A DNA stretch of 64,000 bases, from positions 118,834 through 182,833 of IMG/VR virus record IMGVR_UViG_2595698832_000001, one strand, 5' to 3'. The notes beneath the pieces were generated by a model. It did no database searches. It was not told the origin of the DNA and saw nothing but the letters and a program-made list of their open reading frames with translations. The translations under genes and the position numbers were made by a program. Positions 11,701 through 23,063 of the stretch are shown here, piece by piece (position 1 is the stretch's first letter; each line of letters starts with the position of its first letter). The DNA comes from a virus. Lineage: Duplodnaviria; Caudoviricetes.

Positions 11701-12364
11701 GGTAGATTTATCAGTAGATGAAGGCCCAGGAGGAGCTTATGTATATTTAGATTTACCAATTGAAGGTATATATGATACCAAGGGTCAAATAATACCAGAA
11801 AATATACCCACAATAGAATGGGCTTTATTTGCTAAAGCTAATCCTGCAGAAGGTGAGGATAATGAACCTATTTGTTTTGAGGAAATACAAGAACCTAGCA
11901 AAACACATAAAGTTATCCCAGCAAATTTAACAAATTATGTAGCGGAACAAAAAATAGTTGCTAACTATGTTATAGATGAAGAATCTGTTAAGACTATGTT
12001 ACCATTTTATACAACAGTTGAAGAATATATTAATTTGGATCTATCTAAAGTTGCTTATATAAGAATACCTATTAAATTAATGAATAGAAGTGCTGCTACA
12101 CCAGAAGAAGGTGAACAAATTGTGGGTTCTTATACAATATTTAATTCAAGGATACCTTATATTAGAGTTAAATTCCAAACAAAAATTTTTCAACCTGGAT
12201 ATAATTATGAATTTATGTTAAATTATCCATCACATAATTTTAAATTAATAAGAAATTCAATATTTAGACTTAGATCTGTAGTTTTTGATGATTTATTGGA
12301 TTATCAAGAAGTTAGAGATAGTTTAAGAGCTGGTGATATTGATATGAGCGCGATGAGTGTTTAA
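8720..12364 (+). CDS. gp6: Baseplate wedge protein (gp6-like) with a long C-terminal extension
   Basis: YEGS...LSYEP, ESIESIKTNAP, RTVTIHDY and WGGEDE motifs. Confidence 0.88.
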   Translation: MAIIKETLPFTYDEIYQDIAKRLIEKGWDGGAYEGSNGAILASVLSYIVSSLNFNTAVNVNENVLTLATKRKNVIQDARVLSYEPSHKKSTILEITLSFTRTGYFKIPKYSTFTINGFTYNYLGDDLEFNIDKIGATTTIQVKEGTLIKNEEYPDILTYKIDEKFEYIDIPWNDVEDDGVECYVTYYDTFGNLSDNATFVKSSFNLIDIKDSTNNKFFRKDDVDTGNARIYFQLGTAGTKLPSNTRVYINVLRTSGIDAYYERCDSASVNGDLGSFCKILTSGKDAPVLVSQAQDEESIESIKTNAPMFYNSASRTVTIHDYNSVIKTHSSVKNVVTWGGEDEYPVAPGNLYFSAEPRRKEPEFTIFKKVQQSDGTYTYKKENSTLANGELLNTTEMSTNQYYIKESYNDPDTLYLNDGEVVSAEKDANGYKNPGIFDLVDTYNLPALKNNLKNPTYVNIDLQVLIKQYPFGTPKSDIRKKIYAKIREKMAEIEKFEGEFIHSNLVRHLDNELGLGNGIEVNPYFSLLLSEENCVKQFKENKDFSKVNCFYAKSYDKLSKNLVLSVYFSLLASVGDKLEVYFNKESLPFILDNTDHYTYELTDTDINQSYKSFYFKDVGFDEESLNVRIVSYDGLTTYGGNDINLYNLKNKTVFFNVNIGNELSVIKIALPRFVSVGDSFKVYGLYGSRKAEQLIYDFYITEEILSQGYLQCDDLQRGKYAGFVGASDYKVVYTCNRESLKPSDSEEPDSNGLKSNQLLGTASGSWESAVNQTESQDNVFGDIETSNLYYNWYEDSDGQIDIRVWIPSSVKANDTLLIDYAQKTTSIVITDAMIAQRQFDTKIDGILLDITKISFGSADGSIGIYPTYVERQNELTPVEDDRIQFVAKQFENITEYTPTTTFDREVQLKSNEKITFYVNYNNKFDVRNLIANHDDSLDSYTVSIPEGSPLKYEAPYVVLNNYRKTGTFNFNLDVQVKRGDLLYQNQIVYVKEAAVDLSVDEGPGGAYVYLDLPIEGIYDTKGQIIPENIPTIEWALFAKANPAEGEDNEPICFEEIQEPSKTHKVIPANLTNYVAEQKIVANYVIDEESVKTMLPFYTTVEEYINLDLSKVAYIRIPIKLMNRSAATPEEGEQIVGSYTIFNSRIPYIRVKFQTKIFQPGYNYEFMLNYPSHNFKLIRNSIFRLRSVVFDDLLDYQEVRDSLRAGDIDMSAMSV

Positions 12365-12429
12365 TCATCTAATTAAATATATTTTAAGTTATTTTATAAT
12401 ATAATTATGCAAATTAAAATAACGAGGCT

Positions 12430-13101
12430 ATGATGAAATTTTCAGATTTTTTAGAAGAGCAAGCAATTGCTAAATCAGGTGATTACGATTTTGGTAACTT
12501 GGATTACATAGGCGCTGGAGGTTTGATATCAAAGAAAGTTGTGAAAGTTCTCCATAAGTTCAATTTTGATATAAATGGTGATAATACAGAATTATTCATT
12601 ATTGAATGTAATGCTAACCATCCTAAACAAAAATATTATTGTGTAGCTAAAGAAGAAATAGATAAAAGATTTGAACCTTATACAACAAGATTTAAGATAT
12701 TAGCTGCTATACTTTTGGAATATACAACAAAATACAGAGGTTTAGGTTATGGTCCTCTTAGAATAGTTAAAGGTGTCGAAACTTTAAGATCATACAGAGG
12801 TGGTGGGATAGGTAAAAAATTATATACTATTTTAGTGGATGGTTTTAAATGGGTATTGATGGGTGATGAAGAACAATATGAAGGTGCAAGAAACTTATGG
12901 ACTTTCTTGTCTAAATCACCTGGGTTTAACGTTGATATAGTTGAGTTAGCAACAGGTAAAATTATTGCTAAAAATGTTAAATTAAAAGATGCTTTAGATC
13001 CAAGAATTTGGACCGACGAAGAACTATTTTTAACAGGAACTAAAGAAGAAAGAATACGAGGTAGATTCAATAGATTGGTATTAACTAAAGTTACAAATTA
13101 A
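12430..13101 (+). CDS. GNAT-like acetyltransferase with a capsid-targeting-like N-terminus
   Basis: VETLRSYRGGGIGKKLY acetyl-CoA binding motif; GARNLW; N-terminus MKFSDFLEE. Confidence 0.65.
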   Translation: MMKFSDFLEEQAIAKSGDYDFGNLDYIGAGGLISKKVVKVLHKFNFDINGDNTELFIIECNANHPKQKYYCVAKEEIDKRFEPYTTRFKILAAILLEYTTKYRGLGYGPLRIVKGVETLRSYRGGGIGKKLYTILVDGFKWVLMGDEEQYEGARNLWTFLSKSPGFNVDIVELATGKIIAKNVKLKDALDPRIWTDEELFLTGTKEERIRGRFNRLVLTKVTN

Positions 13102-13111
13102 AGGAGCTAAA

Positions 13112-13760
13112 ATGGAAGATGACACAATTGCTAAATCGGGTGATTATGATTTTGGAAATTTAAACTATATTAATAAGTATGGTCTGACTTCAATAGAATA
13201 TACATTTGATAAATCACCTTTTGTATATAAAGTTTATTATAATGGTAAAGAATATTTTTTTTTATCGTAGAGAATCTTACCATATTTTAGCTACTAAAGT
13301 ACCTGAAGATTACCCGACTAAAGATAACCCTAATGGTACCAAAGATAGATTTAGTCCTATAGCTATGATTAGATTATTGCCTACAGATAAAATTAAAAGA
13401 ATGGGTTATAAAAATGTTTATACAGTTAGTGCTGTAGAAGTTGATAGAGACCATAGAGGTATCAGATTAGGCAAATTATTATATTATCTAGCAACTACCG
13501 TTCTTAAATATACTTTATTAGGTGATTCTGAACAATATGAAAATGCTAGGAGAATATATTATTCTTTTAGTAATAACCCAGGATTTACAGTGGATATAAT
13601 TAAATTAGGTCAAGGTATCTTAGCAAAGAATGTAAATCTAAACGATCACAACGATGAAAGAGTTTGGAGTACAACACCCGATAAAGTAGGAACTTTACAT
13701 AGGGTGGTCCTTAAAAGTGTTCATATGGAATCTAAGGTAGAAGTCAAAAAATTAAAATAA
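13112..13760 (+). CDS. GNAT-like acetyltransferase, tandem paralog; frameshift in the T run at 13255-13263
   Basis: AAGGAG and ATG 13112 give MEDDTIAKSGDYDFGNL, matching the paralog's IAKSGDYDFGNL; VEVDRDHRGIRLGKLLY; GDSEQYENAR. Confidence 0.65.
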
Positions 13761-13817
13761 TTTAATTTAAGACTAAGAACCAAATAAATATACTAAAACG
13801 AGAAATAAAGGTTTGCT

Positions 13818-16800
13818 GTGTTTAAAAGTATAGCTAAGAACTTAGTACCAGAAAATTACAAATCTAATAAATTTATTATGGACGTCCTTGACGTTTTTGT
13901 AGATTATATCTATGATAATTCAAGCCTAGCGATTGACATCAATAATTTATATAATTCTAAAAATGAAGTTCTATATGAAGAAATTATTAAAACATATGCT
14001 GCAAACTTTTATAAGACTATAACCGATGGTTCAAAAAATCATAAACTTGCAGAAGCTGTTAGAAAAGCACACAAAAAATATGGTTTTGATTTTAGTGAAA
14101 CGCAATTAGATATAAATGTAATACACTTATTATCACAAGAACAATTAGAATTATTTAAAAACTTTCAACAATCTAAAGGAACATTAAGATCTATTGAGTT
14201 TATATATCGTATTATAGAACAATTAAATATTGAAAGTTTTGTATTAGAAACCGATGGTCAATTAACAATAGAGCCCGGTGAAAATATATTTGAATACCGC
14301 GTTTACGGATCTATGTTACCAGAAATATTTGAAGCATTTGTTAAACCATTAGCTCACCCAGTGGGTTGGACTTACTTATTTACAAGAACTTACGTTCTTA
14401 AATTCGAAGATTATTTCTTATGCAAAGAAGTTTACGATGTAAATGTTTTTAGAGTAACTTGTGAAGATTCTGATTGTGAAGATAATTTTAAAACAAATAC
14501 TGGATATCTTTTTGAAACTGACATTAATAATAATATAATATATGAAAATAATAAACCAAAAATAGTATAAAGCTGATGGAAATCCAGTATTTAATGTTAC
14601 AAGATTTGGCGTCAATTACCCAGAATTAACATTAGAATCTGAATTAAAATTAGTTAAAGATCCTACTATTAGAACTATTGAAAAATCCAGCATAAAAGGT
14701 AATGACAAATTAATTGTATATTTTGAATCTGGTGAAAGATTAGAACAAAATTCAAACCCTAAGAATTTAATATTATATTATTATAAAGGTATTAACTCAT
14801 TAAATCAAGAAATTAAAAAAGATTATACTGATTTCTTAAGCAAATGTGCTTTGGAACTTAATTATGTTAGAAGAGTTGTAACCACAGTTAAAGACAAATA
14901 TCAATTTCAAGTAGATTTTGGTTTAGCTAGCACTACTGGTAAATTTGCAGCTATTGGCGCTGGTAATATGTATCTAGGTTCAGATACTTGGGTTCTTGGT
15001 AAAAATAGAATCAATGCAAATACACCAGTAACTTATGGAACTAGAGTTCGTAATAAAGTTTTACAAACTTCTGACTTTAAAGCATTATATAAGAAAAATG
15101 ATAATTCTATTAGACAGGTATTTGATAAAGTTTATTCTGGTTTTGATGATCACGTAAAATCAAGTACTTGTAATTTTATTTTAGAATCTGACAATTTATA
15201 TCATTATAGATTATATAATCCAAATGCAATATTTTTTGAATTAATTAATACTTACGGGTATAGAGTTCGCGCTAAAATAAAATATAACGAAGATTCATTA
15301 GAAGTTATAGCTGAAGATGAACTTAAAAATACACAATTATTATATATAGATAAAACATTATTCAGTAAATACAATTCACAAGTTTACAAAGATTTTAAAG
15401 AATCTATGAATAAGCCTTTAGGTCAATATTATACAGTACCTTAAAAAAGGTGTTAATTACTTGAATATTGTAGATTCTAATGGTTATATAGTTAAAGGTA
15501 ATTATAGGCTTGTAGATTCTGAATATAGGCTTTATTTAAATATAAAAGATCCTGTAACTATTCAATTTATTGATGATACTTATGAATACGATTCAAGACC
15601 ATTTCAAATTATTGATGCCGAATTAAGTTATAATAAAGATTCTAAATTATATGAATATACTACACCAGAAAAAGAATACTATTTTGTCAGCGTAGCTAAT
15701 CGTATTAGCAATGTAGATTTGGACATTATGTATATTGCTGGTTTACAAAAAGGTTTTAAAATAACTTCAAGTACTGCTACAAAAAATAAGAGTATATGTT
15801 ATAGATAATACTTCTAAAAGATTTCCGATAACTATACTGAGTGCAACTAATGAAACTATACAAGCAAAAGAAAATAGTATATTCTTAGGTTTAATCAATG
15901 CTAATAACCAATACGTTGAAGGACAAATAGTTTACGATTCTGAAGGTAAATTAGCAACATTAGATTGTAATGCAAAAACAAATAATTTAAGTTTATTATA
16001 CTTAGATTATTCTGCAAGTATTAAAAATCCAATAACTATTAAATCTACAACATTTGATATTGCTGGAAATTTTTCAGAAGTTAATGATAAAAGAGGTAAA
16101 TTCCTTTATAATTTTAGAATCGAAAATATTATGATTGTTAATATATTCGATAAAAATAATCAAAGAATACAATTAGACTATGATATTGAAAATACTGGGG
16201 TATCTTTTTATACTGATACAAATGAAGCTATTACAATACAATACTTTGATAATATAGATGAAGGTATACCAAGAACATATACAATAGATGCTGAATTTAA
16301 ATTAGATACTAGTTACATTAATTATAACGCAAAAATATTTAAATATAAAGATATATTATTAAATATGGATACTAGTACAAACAAATATGTTTATAAGCAC
16401 AACGAAATGAAAACTTATCCTTTAGTTGTTATGGATACTGATGGAAATGTTTTAGACGTTGAAATAGGTATTTTAACTACTGGATTTAAAATATCTTATT
16501 CTGAAGGTATAAAAGTAAGAATATATTATTTAGATGATACTAAAAATAGGGCTGATGTTACTTATAATAAAGCTGGAGACCTGGACCCCACAAAATTATT
16601 ATATGCTATTAAAAATGGTGTCATAGTTAAACAAGATATCAATACAGTGTCTACTGAAGATTTTTATTCATTTTCAAGATTAAAAACTCTTAAAATTAAG
16701 AAAGCTGATTTAAAAGCTGTGGAAAGTAACGACTCAGATTCAAAACTAGGTAAATATAAATTTATTAAAAATATTGAATATGGTTTGCCAGTTATGGCCG

Positions 16801-17981
16801 GTTTTAACAATGATTTAAAATTCAAAGTTAATGAAGATTCTATAACAATTTACACAGCAACTAAAAAAGATATTAATATTAGATACGTAGAAAAAGTTAA
16901 CGAAGAAAGTTTCTTATATACTTATAGTATAAGAAAAGATGATGATTTATTTATAGATGCGCAAAAAGATTCTATAAAATATTTAATAGATTATCAATAT
17001 GATTATTTAAATAATAGAATTATTTTTACAAAAGAAGACGATGATATTGTCAAATTGTTTTTCTTAAAGAATAAACACAATAAGAAAACAATACTTAGTA
17101 TTAATAACGCAAACTTTGAGGATATTGATTTTCCAATTAAAATTTATTTAAATGACGACTTTGTTGAGTTTGAAAATAAGGAATCTATGCAATTAGATGC
17201 AAATCCATTAGATCTTAAATTCAATCAAGATATTAAAAATAGAAATTCAACAATTAGAGCTATTAATAAAGATCTTGAAGTATTGGAACAAATAGATTTT
17301 AATTTGGCACCACAATATACCTTTAAAGCACTTGGTGATTATCTCTATGAGATAGATTTTAATAAGATTAAATTCAAAGAAAATAAACTTAATGAAGAAT
17401 CCTTGTGGTATAGAGAAAGTTCAGTTTATCATAATCATTATGTAGGATATTTTGCAGCTAATAATGTTCAGCCAACTCAGGTATTTACTGGTACGTCAAA
17501 CAAATTAGATTATGAACTCAGAGAAACAAACCCTTGGGGATTAACAGCCATAGATACATTTGAATTAACAGGAACTGCTGCAAATGATGGATTTGATGTT
17601 AATTTTGAATTTATTGATTCTTGGCCAAAAATCACAGAAGTCTATAAAAATGATTATACAGGATTCTATCAAAATAAATGGGGTTGGCAATCGGGATATG
17701 TTGACGTTTATAAAACTACTAGGGATCTTGAAAGATTTAATGAAAAATACGAAAGATTAGAACACGCCAGCGTATACCAAATGGATGATTATATTGTTAT
17801 AGGATCTAATGATATAACAAAAGATTATATGTTTAAATGGTATCCAACTAGTAAGTCAAATGATTTTAGTGATAGTTTCTTAAGAAATGGTCAAGTCTCT
17901 GAACCAGTAACACCTAATAAAATATATACTAGAAAATATGATAGAGAACCTGATAATATAATTAATAAAACAAATACTTGA
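13818..17981 (+). CDS. Large baseplate protein (gp7-like N-terminus), broken into four track ORFs by indels near 14565, 15443 and 15783
   Basis: SKGTLRSIEFIYRI and LAHPVGW motifs; reading frames stay open across the junctions; lies downstream of gp6. Confidence 0.6.
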
Positions 17982-17996
17982 TTATAAAGGATTTAG

Positions 17997-18755
17997 ATGG
18001 CTGATATTATTCAAAATAAAATGAATCAAGTGATGGGTGATTTAGCTCGCCCCACTAAGTTTAAATGTCAAATATTTCCACCTAAAGAAATTAAGTGTGA
18101 ATTAAGTATTTTAAACGAAGGAGATTCTGCAACATCCAGTACTTCTGAAATAGGACAATATTTAGACTATTTTTGTCACGCTACAAGTTTTCCGGGATTG
18201 ACTGTAGAAACAATAGATTTTAAATATAGAGGTAGAACCCTACCAGTCAAATCAGTACAAACTTATCAACAAAAATGGACAGCAACTTTTTATAATGATG
18301 AAAAACACGCAGTTAGAAAGTTATTTTTAGATTGGATGACTTATGATCAAGCTCACCAATTTGAGGATAAAACTAAAGGTAATTTTGAAGGTATATTACC
18401 AAGCATTTCTATATACCAATTAGATTTTGAAATGTCTAAAGATTGTGTTGTGTATACTATGATGAATGTATTTCCAACAAATGTAGGAGAAATTTCAGTT
18501 CAATACGACGGGTTAAATCAAATTGAAACTTTTACAGTTGAGTTTGCATATACGCATTTTGAAATTAATACAATTTCTGGGGAGGGGTTAACGAGTTCTG
18601 AAGTCACTAGTTTGATCAAGAATACTATACAGAATACTATTAATAGTGTTACCAATACTTTAAAGGATGCTGTTTTTGGTGCTTTAGATGATTTGATTTC
18701 ACCCGTATTAGATTCAGTTTCAGATTCATTTGAAAATTTTATAAGTACAAAATAA
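17997..18755 (+). CDS. Tail tube-fold protein (gp19/gp54-like)
   Basis: LARPTKF, WTATFYND, FPTNVGEI and IETFTVEFAY. Confidence 0.82.
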   Translation: MADIIQNKMNQVMGDLARPTKFKCQIFPPKEIKCELSILNEGDSATSSTSEIGQYLDYFCHATSFPGLTVETIDFKYRGRTLPVKSVQTYQQKWTATFYNDEKHAVRKLFLDWMTYDQAHQFEDKTKGNFEGILPSISIYQLDFEMSKDCVVYTMMNVFPTNVGEISVQYDGLNQIETFTVEFAYTHFEINTISGEGLTSSEVTSLIKNTIQNTINSVTNTLKDAVFGALDDLISPVLDSVSDSFENFISTK

Positions 18756-18815
18756 GGTTTTTTATTATATAATATATTTTTGATCTTTTTAAATTGTATT
18801 GTTACGAACTTTTTT

Positions 18816-19180
18816 TGAGTTTTTACAGTTTATACTATAGTATTAAGTCTAAAACTTAAAGCAATATTAAAAAGTATAAAAAATACTTGAGTTTTTAGTA
18901 TTTTATATATATGCTAGTACTGCTAAAACTTAAAGCAATATTAAAAAGTATAAAAAATACTTGAGTTTTTAGTATTTTATATATGCTAGTACTGCTAAAA
19001 CTTAAAGCAATATTAAAAAGTATAAAAAATACTTGAGTTTTTAGTATTTTATATATGCTAGTACCGCTAAAACTTAAAGCAATATTAAAAAGTATAAAAA
19101 ATACTTGGTTTTTACAGTTTATACTATAGTATTAAAGCTTAAAGCAATATTAAAAAGTATAAAAAATGCTTGGGTTTTTT
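18816..19180 (+). repeat. Tandem repeat array 1 (5 cores, period ~65-74 bp)
   Basis: Core CTTAAAGCAATATTAAAAAGTATAAAAAATRCTTG repeated with two kinds of linker. Confidence 0.95.
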
Positions 19181-19260
19181 TAATTTTCACCATAATATAT
19201 GTAATTTAAGTTTACTTTAAGTTTAAATATGCAAGACTAAAGCTTAATAAATACTTAAAA

Positions 19261-19686
19261 ATGAAGTTCAAACAAGGCATTTATATACCAAAAAACCCAG
19301 AGAAATATATACATAGTTATACAAAAATGAATGAACACACTGAATATCCTGTTTATAGGAGTTCTTGGGAGCTTAGTTTCTTCAAATTTTGTGATTATTC
19401 ACCCTCTATTACTAAATGGTCTTCTGAGCCAGTCGGTATAAAGTACTTTAATCCCGTCAAAAAACGACAATCCACATATTATCCCGATGCTATGATTATT
19501 CGTAACGATATAACATTTTTAATAGAGATTAAGCCTAAATCTCAATTACCAGGTTCTAACTCAAAATCCAGTTATGATAAACTTTCAGCGGCAGTTAACG
19601 AAGCCAAGTATAATGCCGCAAAATCTTATTGTGAAGCAAACAATATGCAATTCATAATCTTAAGTGATTCTTTCTTTAAATCTTGA
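19261..19686 (+). CDS. gp4: Head completion nuclease (gp4-like, TnsA-like fold)
   Basis: PKNPEKY, YRSSWE, WSSE, YYPD, IEIKP and NEAK motifs. Confidence 0.9.
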   Translation: MKFKQGIYIPKNPEKYIHSYTKMNEHTEYPVYRSSWELSFFKFCDYSPSITKWSSEPVGIKYFNPVKKRQSTYYPDAMIIRNDITFLIEIKPKSQLPGSNSKSSYDKLSAAVNEAKYNAAKSYCEANNMQFIILSDSFFKS

Positions 19687-19851
19687 TTTTAAAGTTTTAA
19701 GCTTTTTTTTTGGTTTTAAAACTTAAGTTTAGTATTCAAAAATTTTTGACCTTTTTAATATAATATATTATAATATAAAAACTTTTTTCAAAAATTTTAG
19801 TAGTTTTACAGTTGTTTAGAATTTGTTTTAAAATCTAAACTAAAGTTTCAG

Positions 19852-20124
19852 TTTAAAACTTAAAGCAATATTAAAAAGTATAAAAAATGCTTGGCTTTTT
19901 AGCAGTATATAACAATGCTATATATCCTAGCATATGCTTAAAACTTAAAACAATATTAAAAAGTATAAAAAATGCTTGGCTTTTTAGTAGTATATACTAC
20001 AGTATTATATCTGAAACTTAAAGACAATATTAAAAAGTATAAAAAATGCTTGGCTTTTTAGTAGTATATACTACAGTATTATATCTGAAACTTAAAACAA
20101 TATTAAAAAGTATAAAAAATGCTT
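19852..20124 (+). repeat. Tandem repeat array 2 (4 cores)
   Basis: Same core as array 1; preceded by a leader shared with array 4. Confidence 0.95.
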
Positions 20125-20672
20125 CAAGTTTTTAATCTCTTAAAAATACCAGCATTTGAAATCTTAAAATCTAAACAATTATTACAAAGAATCTTATAAT
20201 TATCAGAAACAGTGATAATATCGGTATAACTGTGTGTAGCACAAGAACTGCCACAATTTTCACATATACTAGTTAACAATCTAATATCACTACAAAATGG
20301 CATAATTCTATTGACATTTCTAAAGACTTCTACATTATAAGGTTCATTGATATTATTAGTACCACTTTGTAAAGCACATAAAACAAATGTTTTATTAGAT
20401 TCTAATATATTATTAATAATTTCAGGTTCAAAAAATTGAAATTCATCTAATAATATATAATCATATTTGGATTCACTGAAGTTTTCATTGTTATAGTATT
20501 GTATATTTAAGTCTAAACTAGGTCTAAAACTTCTTGATATAAAATCCCTTGTATCAGTTTTGGGTCTATATAAAACATAAGGTTTGTTACTAAAATGAAG
20601 TTTCTCTGCTTGTCTTAACAATTCAAGTGATTTTCCAGATCTCATAGGTCCTATAATTAATGAAATATCCAT
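20124..20672 (-). CDS. tk: Thymidine kinase
   Basis: GPMRSGKS P-loop, LDEFQF and two CxxC zinc pairs. Confidence 0.88.
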   Translation of the reverse strand: MDISLIIGPMRSGKSLELLRQAEKLHFSNKPYVLYRPKTDTRDFISRSFRPSLDLNIQYYNNENFSESKYDYILLDEFQFFEPEIINNILESNKTFVLCALQSGTNNINEPYNVEVFRNVNRIMPFCSDIRLLTSICENCGSSCATHSYTDIITVSDNYKILCNNCLDFKISNAGIFKRLKT

Positions 20673-20792
20673 TACACTCCTTTTAAAATGTTAAAAAAAA
20701 TAAAACTATAGTTTAAAATCTAAAGTTTAAGGTCAAAAACTATAAACTAAAAATTAAAGAATGATTTTCTAAATGTATTAACATCTTTTATT

Positions 20793-21768
20793 TTAGAACC
20801 TTTGAATAGGTTTAAACTCACAACCTGCTTTAAGAACTTGAGGCTCAATACCATCACAAATATAAAAATACTTACAAGTTCTACAAGCATCACATTTCCT
20901 ATAACTTTTTTTGTCTATTAGATGCAGCTTGTTTTGCTAAATTTACTAAATTAGGTTCTAAGTATTCATACATAGCAATATTCCAATCGTAAATATCATA
21001 GATGTGCTGATAATATCCTACAACGTATTTCTCATACCCAGTCATATAACAAAACGGGACATATCGGACATTGATCAAAGGTATACTTGATGAATCTATA
21101 AATCTTTTTATAGGTTCTAAAATCTCAGAATAATTAACACCTTTTGATTTTGAATTCTGACTAAAATAATTCAATGGTAGAAAATTCATTTCAAGTGGTT
21201 CTAATTTTTCAACAACTTCGAAATATTCAGTATCAACTAATTTATAATTTACATCAGTAATAGTTGAATTTAATCTAACAACAATATCAAGATCCTTTGC
21301 ATTATGAATAGCTTTAATTATATAATTATAAGAATTTTTTATCCCAGTTATTTTATCGTGAGTTTCATTAACACTATGTAATGAAAATAATATTTCAGAT
21401 AACCCAAGATCTTTTGCTTTTTTAAGAAAATCTTTATTCTGAAATTTAGATCCATTTGTCAAACAAGATATTTTATTATCTGGATTCAAAGATTTAATAT
21501 ATTCTAGGATTTTAAAGAAATCTGGGTGTATGGAAGATTCACCTCCACTTAAATCAAAATCTCTACAACCTATACTATACAAAGTATCTATTCTTTTTTT
21601 AATGACTTCAAATGGTGTCTTTTTATCTAACTCATTTTGGTAATAGCAAAAATAACAACGATAGTTGCAGTATGTGCCAGTGTCTAGTTTTGCTCTAGGA
21701 CATATAGTGTCATTAGGTAAGTAAGCGCCTGCTGAACTTAGAGTTTGGATAACATCACTATGCATCAC
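20793..21768 (-). CDS. Radical SAM enzyme with a C-terminal Cys cluster (SPASM/twitch-like); frameshift near 20905
   Basis: CNYRCYFC, SGGE and TNG; the shifted frame continues KCDACRTCKYFYICDG. Confidence 0.88.
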
Positions 21769-21789
21769 GAACCTTGGTAAGGTCTTTTA

Positions 21790-21975
21790 TCAAAGACCAG
21801 AGATAAGATTATGTTTAAGTAAGTAATCTGCTAATGGCTTCAGGTCACCTGGATTTTGAATATCAACTGTACAAGGCACAAATTTATTAGTATCATTCCA
21901 ACGAACTAAACAATCATACACAGATTTTCCCTGGAAAACTCTTGTAACTTTTTTAACTTCAGAAACTTTATTCAT
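21790..21975 (-). CDS. Small hypothetical protein directly upstream of the radical SAM gene
   Basis: 61 aa ORF with AAGGA RBS. Confidence 0.55.
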   Translation of the reverse strand: MNKVSEVKKVTRVFQGKSVYDCLVRWNDTNKFVPCTVDIQNPGDLKPLADYLLKHNLISGL

Positions 21976-21999
21976 TTAATATCCTTTTATTTTAAGCTT

Positions 22000-22551
22000 T
22001 TAAGTCTTAGGCTCGAATGGTATCAAAGCACCAATAACTTCTGGATTTCTGTCTATACAACAATTAATTCTTTCAATACCATCTTTAGAATCCACTATCC
22101 AATTATTGTGAGTATGGCCGTGATATATTTTTTTAATACCAGTTAAATCATATGATTTTAAAAACTCTGGAGCTTCTTTAGGTATTACTGATTTTGAATC
22201 TAACGGATAATGACAAAACAAAGTATCTTTATATCTAATGATATCAGAAACTGCACTAAATCCAATATATAAAATACTTTCAGTATCTAACCACTTGTCG
22301 TGGTTACCTCTTACAAAAATTTTTTTGCTTGGTAATGAACTAATAAAGTGTCTTAAGAATTCTATATTTTTATTAGGACCACAATCTAAATCTCCTAAAA
22401 ACATTAAAATATCAGAATCTTTTAAAACAGATTTAAAATACTTATGAACTTCTTTTGAATATTCTAAAGCATCATCAATATACCTACCAGTATATTTTAT
22501 AATATTTTGATGAGATATATGTAAATCACTTGTAATATAAATCATTATCAC
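22000..22551 (-). CDS. Calcineurin-like metallophosphoesterase
   Basis: SDLH, LGD, GNHD and HGHTH motifs. Confidence 0.9.
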   Translation of the reverse strand: MIMIYITSDLHISHQNIIKYTGRYIDDALEYSKEVHKYFKSVLKDSDILMFLGDLDCGPNKNIEFLRHFISSLPSKKIFVRGNHDKWLDTESILYIGFSAVSDIIRYKDTLFCHYPLDSKSVIPKEAPEFLKSYDLTGIKKIYHGHTHNNWIVDSKDGIERINCCIDRNPEVIGALIPFEPKT

Positions 22552-22579
22552 CTTTTAGTTTATTTATGAATCTGTGATT

Positions 22580-23005
22580 TTATGCATTTAAGATTTTATA
22601 TATTTTTAATACTGTATGTGATTTTCGAGTATGTGATTCATTCGAAGTATTCGCACACTCAATGCAATTCAAACAATCTATAGAAGCTCGACATCTCTTG
22701 CAATCCACACATTCGTGACAATCCAAACAATAAACGCATTTATGGCATTTAAAGCAACCTTGGCATTTATAACAATCAATACAATCAATACAAGATTTAC
22801 AATCAATACAATCTTTAGAAACGCGGCATTTATAACAATCAATACAATCAATACATTTATAACAATCAATACAATTGAAACAATTTAAACAATCTTTACA
22901 AACTACTAAAGACTCAGAAGCTTCTTTCGCTTGTTCTTCAGTATACGTAGAAGAATCCCATTTATTGTTATTAGAATCTGTGTAATAGCCATCTATTAAT
23001 TGCAT
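22580..23005 (-). CDS. Cysteine-rich (CxxCxx)n repeat protein, short paralog
   Basis: MQLIDGYYTDSNNNKWD...EQAKEASESLV matches 124..978; own TATAAT and AAGGAG. Confidence 0.85.
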   Translation of the reverse strand: MQLIDGYYTDSNNNKWDSSTYTEEQAKEASESLVVCKDCLNCFNCIDCYKCIDCIDCYKCRVSKDCIDCKSCIDCIDCYKCQGCFKCHKCVYCLDCHECVDCKRCRASIDCLNCIECANTSNESHTRKSHTVLKIYKILNA

Positions 23006-23063
23006 TTTAACTCCTTTTTATGTTTGATTTTTTAATTATAATATATTTGGACTAATTTTAAAC

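Noticed and set aside
19261-19686. TnsA-like nuclease between direct repeats as a transposon
   Set aside because: The motifs match the core T4-like head completion protein gp4, and it has a late-type promoter.
18816-20124. Repeat arrays as CRISPR arrays
   Set aside because: The linkers are reused within and between arrays rather than being unique spacers, and there is no cas operon.
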